Assembly: GCF_048163005.1 (NCBI RefSeq)
Contig: NZ_CP182378.1
DNA length: 32,000 nucleotides
Direction: 5' to 3' (one strand)
From: Escherichia coli
GTDB lineage: Bacteria > Pseudomonadota > Gammaproteobacteria > Enterobacterales > Enterobacteriaceae
Both the position numbers and the translations under genes were made by a program. The notes under the pieces were generated by a model. That model was not told the DNA's origin, searched no databases, and saw only the letters and a program-made list of their open reading frames with translations. Position 1 is the first letter of the stretch, and every line of letters begins with the position of its first letter. Shown in pieces: positions 24,495 through 32,000 of this stretch.

Positions 24495-25475
24495 ATGCTG
24501 ACACTTGCCCGCCAACAACAGCGACAAAATATTCGCTGGTTATTATGCCTGTCAGTTTTGATGCTGCTGGCGCTTCTCTTAAGCCTTTGCGCCGGTGAAC
24601 AATGGATTTCGCCCGGTGACTGGTCTACTCCTCGTGGCGAACTGTTCGTCTGGCAAATTCGCCTGCCACGTACGCTGGCTGTATTGCTGGTTGGTGCGGC
24701 GCTGGCTATATCCGGCGCAGTAATGCAGGCGTTGTTTGAAAATCCTCTGGCAGAACCTGGACTACTTGGCGTCTCTAACGGCGCAGGCGTAGGGCTTATC
24801 GCCGCGGTGTTGCTTGGGCAAGGGCAACTCCCAAACTGGGCACTAGGGCTGTGTGCGATTGCTGGCGCGCTTATCATCACTTTAATACTCTTACGTTTCG
24901 CCCGTCGTCATCTTTCGACCAGTCGGTTATTGCTGGCTGGCGTTGCATTAGGGATTATCTGTAGCGCACTAATGACGTGGGCTATCTACTTTTCCACCTC
25001 TGTTGATTTACGTCAGCTGATGTACTGGATGATGGGCGGTTTTGGCGGCGTAGACTGGCGGCAAAGCTGGCTGATGCTGGCATTGATCCCCGTGTTGTTG
25101 TGGATCTGTTGTCAGTCCAGGCCGATGAATATGTTAGCACTTGGCGAGATCTCGGCGCGGCAACTGGGTTTACCCCTGTGGTTCTGGCGCAATGTGCTGG
25201 TGGCAGCGACCGGCTGGATGGTTGGCGTCAGTGTGGCGCTGGCGGGTGCTATCGGCTTTATTGGTCTGGTTATCCCACATATTCTCCGGCTGTGTGGTTT
25301 AACCGATCATCGCGTATTACTTCCCGGCTGCGCGCTGGCAGGGGCGAGCGCATTGCTGCTGGCCGATATTGTAGCGCGCCTGGCATTAGCTGCCGCAGAG
25401 CTGCCTATTGGCGTGGTCACCGCAACGTTGGGTGCGCCGGTGTTTATCTGGTTATTGTTAAAAGCAGGACGTTAG
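24495..25475 (+). CDS. btuC: vitamin B12 ABC transporter permease
   Basis: 326-aa polytopic ORF ([34 protein letters not shown]...) recognised as BtuC. Confidence 0.96.
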   Translation: MLTLARQQQRQNIRWLLCLSVLMLLALLLSLCAGEQWISPGDWSTPRGELFVWQIRLPRTLAVLLVGAALAISGAVMQALFENPLAEPGLLGVSNGAGVGLIAAVLLGQGQLPNWALGLCAIAGALIITLILLRFARRHLSTSRLLLAGVALGIICSALMTWAIYFSTSVDLRQLMYWMMGGFGGVDWRQSWLMLALIPVLLWICCQSRPMNMLALGEISARQLGLPLWFWRNVLVAATGWMVGVSVALAGAIGFIGLVIPHILRLCGLTDHRVLLPGCALAGASALLLADIVARLALAAAELPIGVVTATLGAPVFIWLLLKAGR

Positions 25476-25537
25476 CCGCAAAAAGACGGTCTATGATTAA
25501 AAGCTAAGATTTTTACTGACCACACCCAGGAGAAACG

Positions 25538-26089
25538 ATGCAAGATTCCATTCTGACGACCGTAGTGAAAGATATCGACGGTGAAGTGACCACGCTGGAG
25601 AAGTACGCCGGTAATGTGCTGTTGATTGTCAATGTCGCCTCAAAGTGTGGCTTAACGCCGCAATATGAGCAGTTGGAGAATATTCAGAAAGCCTGGGCCG
25701 ATCGTGGTTTTGTGGTGCTGGGATTCCCGTGCAACCAGTTTCTGGAGCAAGAACCGGGCAGCGATGAAGAGATTAAAACTTACTGCACCACTACATGGGG
25801 GGTGACGTTCCCGATGTTCAGTAAGATTGAAGTTAATGGCGAAGGACGCCATCCGCTGTATCAAAAATTGATTGCCGCAGCGCCGACCGCAGTCGCGCCG
25901 GAAGAGAGCGGATTCTATGCCCGTATGGTCAGCAAAGGTCGTGCACCGCTGTACCTTGATGATATTTTATGGAATTTTGAGAAATTTTTAGTTGGCAGGG
26001 ACGGATTGGTCATCCAGCGTTTTTCCCCGGATATGACGCCGGAAGATCCCATTGTGATGGAAAGCATTAAACTGGCGTTGGCGAAATAA
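25538..26089 (+). CDS. btuE: thioredoxin/glutathione peroxidase homologue (Cys-type GPx)
   Basis: 183-aa ORF with a GPx active-site region, [12 protein letters not shown] (Cys where selenoenzymes have Sec), and a FPCNQF motif. Confidence 0.96.
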
Positions 26090-26838
26090 TGTCTATTGTG
26101 ATGCAGTTACAGGATGTTGCGGAATCTACCCGCCTGGGGCCGCTTTCTGGCGAGGTTCGGGCTGGGGAGATCCTGCATCTGGTGGGGCCGAACGGCGCGG
26201 GTAAGAGTACCTTACTGGCGCGAATGGCCGGAATGACCAGCGGTAAGGGAAGCATTCAGTTCGCGGGGCAACCACTGGAAGCATGGTCCGCAACAAAACT
26301 CGCGCTGCATCGCGCCTATCTTTCACAACAACAGACGCCACCGTTTGCAATGCCGGTCTGGCACTACCTGACACTGCATCAGCACGATAAAACGCGTACC
26401 GAACTACTGAATGATGTCGCAGGGGCGCTGGCTCTTGATGACAAACTCGGACGTAGCACCAATCAACTTTCCGGCGGCGAATGGCAACGCGTACGTCTTG
26501 CTGCGGTGGTGCTGCAAATCACACCACAAGCCAATCCCGCAGGTCAATTGCTGCTTCTTGATGAGCCGATGAACAGTCTTGATGTTGCGCAACAAAGTGC
26601 GTTAGACAAAATTCTGAGCGCGCTGTGTCAGCAAGGACTGGCGATTGTGATGAGCAGTCACGATCTCAACCATACATTGCGTCATGCGCATCGGGCATGG
26701 TTGCTAAAAGGTGGAAAAATGCTGGCCAGTGGACGCAGGGAAGAGGTGCTCACGCCGCCAAATCTGGCGCAGGCCTATGGGATGAATTTTCGCCGTCTGG
26801 ATATCGAAGGTCACAGAATGCTGATTTCGACCATCTGA
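26089..26838 (+). CDS. btuD: vitamin B12 ABC transporter ATP-binding subunit
   Basis: 249-aa ORF with Walker [10 protein letters not shown], signature LSGGEWQR and Walker B LLLLDEP. Its start overlaps the btuE stop (TAATG). Confidence 0.97.
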
Positions 26839-26915
26839 TTTCATTAGTATCTTGAAAATCGGGTAATTACGACGCTAAATTAATGCAAGAATAAAAAACA
26901 GAGGAACCGTACGGA

Positions 26916-27380
26916 ATGCGTTTCTGCCTTATTTTGATCACAGCACTGTTTCTGGCCGGGTGTAGCCACCATAAAGCACCGCCGCCAAATGCCAGACTTT
27001 CTGATTCGATTACCGTTATTGCCGGTTTGAACGACCAGCTACAAAGCTGGCATGGCACGCCGTATCGTTATGGTGGCATGACGCGGCGCGGTGTGGACTG
27101 TTCGGGATTTGTGGTTGTGACGATGCGCGATCGTTTCGATTTGCAGCTGCCCCGAGAAACCAAAGAACAAGCCTCTATCGGCACGCAAATTGATAAAGAC
27201 GAGTTGCTGCCTGGTGACCTGGTCTTTTTCAAAACGGGTTCCGGACAAAATGGTTTGCATGTAGGTATTTACGATACCAACAACCAATTTATCCACGCCT
27301 CTACCAGCAAGGGAGTGATGCGTTCCTCACTCGATAATGTCTATTGGCAGAAAAATTTCTGGCAGGCGAGACGAATCTAG
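26916..27380 (+). CDS. nlpC: NlpC/P60-family lipoprotein (putative peptidoglycan endopeptidase)
   Basis: 154-aa ORF with a lipobox (LFLAGC) and the NlpC/P60 catalytic Cys context GVDCSGFV. Confidence 0.95.
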   Translation: MRFCLILITALFLAGCSHHKAPPPNARLSDSITVIAGLNDQLQSWHGTPYRYGGMTRRGVDCSGFVVVTMRDRFDLQLPRETKEQASIGTQIDKDELLPGDLVFFKTGSGQNGLHVGIYDTNNQFIHASTSKGVMRSSLDNVYWQKNFWQARRI

Positions 27381-27389
27381 TATGTCGAA

Positions 27390-27422
27390 AAATGGACGGC
27401 GATGATACATCTCCGTCCATTT
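27390..27422 (+). terminator. nlpC terminator hairpin
   Basis: AAATGGACGG (27390-27399) pairs perfectly with CCGTCCATTT (27413-27422) around a 13-nt loop, 10 nt after the nlpC stop. Confidence 0.6.
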
Positions 27423-27450
27423 ACTCCTGAATACAGTAGTATTTTACAGA

Positions 27451-27458
27451 CAAAAATT
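27451..27458. repeat. IS1 target-site duplication, nlpC-proximal copy (CAAAAATT)
   Basis: This 8-bp sequence abuts the IS1 end and is identical to 28227-28234 at the other end. Confidence 0.85.
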
Positions 27459-27481
27459 GGTAATGACTCCAACTTACTGAT
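27459..27481. repeat. IS1 terminal inverted repeat (IRR; insB-distal end)
   Basis: GGTAATGACTCCAACTTACTGAT, read directly from the sequence. Confidence 0.93.
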
Positions 27482-27977
27482 AGTGTTTTATGTTCAGATA
27501 ATGCCCGATGACTTTGTCATGCAGCTCCACCGATTTTGAGAACGACAGTGACTTCCGTCCCAGCCTTGCCAGATGTTGTCTCAGATTCAGATTATGTCGC
27601 TCAATGCGCTGAGTGTAACGCTTGCTGATAACGTGCAGCTTTCCCTTCAGGCGTGATTCATACAGCGGCCAGCCATCCGTCATCCATACCACGACCTCAA
27701 AGGCCGACAGCAGGCTCAGAAGACGCTCCAGTGTGGCCAGAGTGCGTTCACCGAAGACGTGCGCCACAACCGTCCTCCGTATCCTGTCATACGCGTAAAA
27801 CAGCCAGCGCTGACGTGATTTAGCACCTACGTAGCCCCACTGTTCGTCCATTTCAGCGCAGACGATGACGTCACTGCCCGGCTGTATGCGCGAGGTTACC
27901 GACTGCGGCCTGAGTTTTTTAAATGGCGGAAAATCGTGTTGAGGCCAACGCCCATAATGCGGGCGGTTGCCCGGCAT
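27474..27977 (-). CDS. insB: IS1 InsB reading frame (expressed as InsAB' transposase by -1 frameshift)
   Basis: 167-aa ORF ([64 protein letters not shown]...) recognised as IS1 InsB. Confidence 0.95.
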   Translation of the reverse strand: MPGNRPHYGRWPQHDFPPFKKLRPQSVTSRIQPGSDVIVCAEMDEQWGYVGAKSRQRWLFYAYDRIRRTVVAHVFGERTLATLERLLSLLSAFEVVVWMTDGWPLYESRLKGKLHVISKRYTQRIERHNLNLRQHLARLGRKSLSFSKSVELHDKVIGHYLNIKHYQ

Positions 27978-28171
27978 CCAACGCCATTCATGACCATATC
28001 AATGATTTTCTGGTGCGTACCGGGTTGAGAAGCGGTGTAAGTGAACTGCAGTTGCCATGTTTTACGGCAATGAGAGCAGAGATAGCGCTGATGTCCGGCA
28101 GTGCTTTTGCCGTTACGCACCACCCCGTCAGTAGCTGAACAGGAGGGACAGCTGATAGAAACAGAAGCCAC
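27896..28171 (-). CDS. insA: IS1 InsA (transposition inhibitor / DNA-binding protein)
   Basis: 91-aa ORF ([43 protein letters not shown]...) with a zinc-finger CxxC...CxxC motif. Recognised as IS1 InsA. Confidence 0.96.
   Translation of the reverse strand: MASVSISCPSCSATDGVVRNGKSTAGHQRYLCSHCRKTWQLQFTYTASQPGTHQKIIDMVMNGVGCRATARIMGVGLNTIFRHLKNSGRSR
27914..27920 (-). promoter_or_regulatory. IS1 programmed -1 ribosomal frameshift motif (A6C)
   Basis: The minus strand reads TTAAAAAACTC. AAAAAAC is the complement of 27914-27920. It lies in the insA/insB overlap just before the insA stop. Confidence 0.85.
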
Positions 28172-28203
28172 TGGAGCACCTCAAAAACACCATCATACAC
28201 TAA

Positions 28204-28226
28204 ATCAGTAAGTTGGCAGCATCACC
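28204..28226. repeat. IS1 terminal inverted repeat (IRL; insA-proximal end)
   Basis: ATCAGTAAGTTGGCAGCATCACC, the reverse complement of GGTGATGCTGCCAACTTACTGAT. Confidence 0.93.
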
Positions 28227-28234
28227 CAAAAATT
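28227..28234. repeat. IS1 target-site duplication, ydiV-proximal copy (CAAAAATT)
   Basis: Identical to 27451-27458. It directly abuts the IS1 end. Confidence 0.85.
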
Positions 28235-28402
28235 CCGTAAATGGATTATTCGTTTATAATCAGGATAATCTAATAAAAGGACCCCTGAAAAAGTGGTTAA
28301 CATGGAACAAATGAAAGTTACTCCTTCTGTAATTGTTATGTCTTATGGCCTCATCCCTTTTAGCCGGATACTGAAAAACATCCTTCGAGAGGGACGGTTA
28401 CC

Positions 28403-29116
28403 ATGAAGATTTTTTTGGAGAATCTTTATCATTCTGATTGCTATTTCCTGCCGATAAGAGATAACCAGCAAGACCTTGTCGGCGTTGAGTTAATTACCCA
28501 TTTCTCCAGTGAAGATGGTACGGTTCGTATCCCGACGAGTCGGGTTATAGCGCAACTTACCGAGGAGCAACATTGGCAATTATTTTCAGAGCAGTTGGAA
28601 TTACTAAAATCATGCCAACACTTTTTTATTCAACATAAACTCTTTGCTTGGCTTAATTTAACGCCACAAGTGGCTACTTTATTATTAGACAGGGATAATT
28701 ACGCAGGCGAACTATTAAAATATCCGTTTATTGAACTGTTGATTAATGAGAATTACCCGCATCTCGATGAAGGAAAAGATAATCGCGATCTTTTTTCCTT
28801 ATCGCAAATGTATCCCCTTGTGTTAGGTAATTTGGGCGCAGGCAATAGCACAATGAAAGCGGTTTTTGATGGTCTTTTCACCCGCGTCATGCTGGATAAA
28901 AGTTTTATTCAGCAACAAATCACGCATCGCTCCTTCGAACCGTTTATTCGTGCGATCCAGGCGCAAATTTCCCCATGTTGCAATTGCATCATCGCGGGGG
29001 GCATTGATACGCCAGAAATAATGGCACAGATTACCCCCTTTGATTTCCATGCTCTCCAGGGATGCCTGTGGCCTGCCGTTCCCATAAATCAGATAACGAC
29101 GTTGGTTCAGCGATAA
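28403..29116 (+). CDS. ydiV: degenerate EAL-domain protein, anti-FlhD4C2 factor
   Basis: 237-aa ORF (MKIFLENLYHSDCYFLPIRDNQQDLVGVELITHFSSEDG...) recognised as YdiV. A GAGGGA Shine-Dalgarno lies 8 nt upstream. Confidence 0.95.
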   Translation: MKIFLENLYHSDCYFLPIRDNQQDLVGVELITHFSSEDGTVRIPTSRVIAQLTEEQHWQLFSEQLELLKSCQHFFIQHKLFAWLNLTPQVATLLLDRDNYAGELLKYPFIELLINENYPHLDEGKDNRDLFSLSQMYPLVLGNLGAGNSTMKAVFDGLFTRVMLDKSFIQQQITHRSFEPFIRAIQAQISPCCNCIIAGGIDTPEIMAQITPFDFHALQGCLWPAVPINQITTLVQR

Positions 29117-29139
29117 CCCTCCTGTTTGCTGGTGTTTAA

Positions 29140-30615
<1,476 letters not shown>

Positions 30616-30618
30616 AGG

Positions 30619-30810
30619 CTACTTGGTCAACAGCAGCTTGCCAGCCTGAGTTTTACGGAGCAGATATTCTTGCCCGTCATGATCGATAATCAGTTTGCCA
30701 TCCGGACCTAACAGTGTCTGGCTGGTAATTCGCCGGATGGGCTGCGGGGAAGCGGTCTTGTGATTGGCATCCGTTTCAGGCGTGAGTTTTCTGCTATCCG
30801 TATAACGCAT
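30619..30810 (-). CDS. hemP: HemP/YdiE-family small protein (63 aa)
   Basis: Within the 72-aa track ORF, the Met at 30810 ([63 protein letters not shown]) gives the known 63-aa YdiE. Confidence 0.85.
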   Translation of the reverse strand: MRYTDSRKLTPETDANHKTASPQPIRRITSQTLLGPDGKLIIDHDGQEYLLRKTQAGKLLLTK

Positions 30811-30832
30811 AAAAATTAATAATAATTGATAT

Positions 30833-30851
30833 AACAATGATTCTTATTATC
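30833..30851 (-). promoter_or_regulatory. candidate Fur box upstream of hemP
   Basis: AACAATGATTCTTATTATC matches the 19-bp Fur consensus GATAATGATAATCATTATC at 14 of 19 positions by my hand count. It lies 23-41 nt upstream of the hemP ATG in a very AT-rich segment. Confidence 0.6.
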
Positions 30852-30911
30852 AATATTATGGCGGCCAGAGCAAGCAGTAATTTGTTGAGAAGACAACAAG
30901 TTGCGCAGAAA

Positions 30912-30935
30912 TGCCCATTCCGTCAGGAATGGGCA
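30912..30935 (-). terminator. aroH terminator hairpin
   Basis: TGCCCATTCC (30912-30921) pairs perfectly with GGAATGGGCA (30926-30935) around a 4-nt loop, 5 nt after the aroH stop. The minus-strand tail is TTTCTGCG. Confidence 0.7.
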
Positions 30936-30940
30936 CGCAT

Positions 30941-31987
30941 TCAGAAGCGGCTATCTACCGCAGAGGCGAGTTTTTCGACCAGGCGTTCGGTATCTTCCCA
31001 GCCCAGACACGGGTCGGTAATCGATTGACCGTAAGTGAGCGGCTGACCGCCGACGATTTTTTGCGTTCCTTCGCGCAGGAAACTTTCCGCCATAATTCCA
31101 GCAATCGCCGTAGAGCCATTGCGGATTTGCTGACAAATATCCTCACAAACTTCTAACTGGCGACGGTGCTGCTTCTGGCAGTTACCGTGGCTGAAATCCA
31201 CCACCAGATGTTCAGGTAAATCAAACTCGTGCAGCGTATCGCAGGCTGCGGCGATATCATCGGCATGATAATTCGGTTTTTTGCCGCCACGCATAATAAT
31301 GTGGCCATACGGGTTGCCGCTGGTCTGATAGATGGTCATCTGACCGTTTTTGTCTGGCGAGAGGAACATATGGCTGGCGCGGGCTGCGCGGATAGCATCT
31401 ACGGCAATCCGCGTGTTGCCATCGGTACCATTTTTAAAACCTACCGGACAGGAGAGTGCCGAAGCCATTTCACGGTGGATCTGACTTTCGGTAGTACGTG
31501 CGCCAATCGCGCCCCAACTGATTAAATCAGCAATAAACTGACCGGTCACCATATCGAGGAACTCAGTCGCGGTAGGGACGCCCAGCTCATTTACCTGTAA
31601 AAGTAATTTGCGCGCCAGCTCCAGACCGTGATTTACCCGATAGCTGCCGTTTAAATCTGGATCGGAGATTAGCCCTTTCCAGCCGACAACAGTTCGTGGT
31701 TTTTCAAAATAGGTGCGCATTACGATTTCCAGCCGTGACTGGTACTGGTTGCGCAGCGACTGCAGACGGGTGGCGTACTCCATTGCAGCGGTGAGATCGT
31801 GGATCGAGCAGGGGCCAATAATGACCAACAGTCGCTTATCTTCACCATTCAGTATTTTTTCAATTCTGCGGCGGGAGTCGGTGACATGGGTGGCGACGCC
31901 AGGCGTTACGGGATACCGTAGCGCGAGTTCGGCGGGCGTTACCAGGCTCTCAATACGCGCAGTACGGAGTTCGTCAGTTCTGTTCAT
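30941..31987 (-). CDS. aroH: DAHP synthase, tryptophan-sensitive
   Basis: 348-aa ORF (MNRTDELRTARIESLVTPAELALRYPVTPGVATHVTDSRRRIEKILNGEDKRLLVIIGPCSIHD...) recognised as AroH. Its promoter and TrpR operator lie beyond the window end. Confidence 0.97.
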   Translation of the reverse strand: MNRTDELRTARIESLVTPAELALRYPVTPGVATHVTDSRRRIEKILNGEDKRLLVIIGPCSIHDLTAAMEYATRLQSLRNQYQSRLEIVMRTYFEKPRTVVGWKGLISDPDLNGSYRVNHGLELARKLLLQVNELGVPTATEFLDMVTGQFIADLISWGAIGARTTESQIHREMASALSCPVGFKNGTDGNTRIAVDAIRAARASHMFLSPDKNGQMTIYQTSGNPYGHIIMRGGKKPNYHADDIAAACDTLHEFDLPEHLVVDFSHGNCQKQHRRQLEVCEDICQQIRNGSTAIAGIMAESFLREGTQKIVGGQPLTYGQSITDPCLGWEDTERLVEKLASAVDSRF

Positions 31988-32000
31988 TACAAGTCTCAGA

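Larger units (their letters stand above)
27459..28226 (-). mobile_element. IS1 insertion sequence, complete (768 bp)
   Basis: The ends read GGTAATGACTCCAACTTACTGAT (27459-27481) and, on the reverse complement of 28204-28226, GGTGATGCTGCCAACTTACTGAT. These are the canonical imperfect 23-bp IS1 inverted repeats. insA and insB lie inside on the minus strand, and the length is exactly 768 bp. Confidence 0.97.

Noticed and set aside
25100-25507. 135-aa plus-strand alternative-frame ORF inside btuC
   Set aside because: It is an out-of-frame overlap within a confidently assigned permease gene. Its Arg/Gly-rich composition is typical of an off-frame translation of GC-rich membrane-protein codons.
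30811-31156. hemP 9-codon N-terminal extension (to 30837) and plus-strand ORFs 30837-31028 and 30911-31156
   Set aside because: The extension would start inside the AT-rich promoter and Fur-box region. The plus-strand ORFs are antisense to the aroH 3' end and terminator and have no coding features.

Overview
This window is Escherichia coli core chromosome. It is collinear with the K-12 chb-katE ... thrS-infC-rpmI-rplT-pheMST-ihfA-btuCED ... aroH region (about b1737 down to b1704, from memory), shown here in reverse orientation. I identified genes by recognising the ORF-track translations and by reading junctions, start codons and hairpins in the raw sequence. No BLAST or HMM search was possible. 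About 37 protein genes can be placed with high confidence. Several classical cis-regulatory elements are also present: the thrS tRNA-mimic operator, the infC AUU start, the L20 operator region, the pheM leader and attenuator, the ydjM LexA boxes and a hemP Fur box. The window is clearly not K-12 MG1655. It has an intact 632-aa arpB, which is a frameshifted pseudogene in K-12. It also has a complete 768-bp IS1 with an 8-bp target duplication between nlpC and ydiV. I found no convincing novel multi-gene system (no defence island, CRISPR array, prophage or toxin-antitoxin cassette). The accessory or unusual content is limited to four items. (1) The AT-rich arpB islet encodes an ankyrin-repeat protein whose N-terminal domain carries motifs resembling the ShET2/OspD3/EspL effector-protease family. 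(2) An IS1 lies 176 bp upstream of the flagellar anti-activator gene ydiV. (3) An unannotated 34-codon upstream ORF ends in an ATGA overlap with the ydiV start. (4) ydjO is an AT-rich orphan gene. The other findings are textbook regulatory features that the ORF track does not show.
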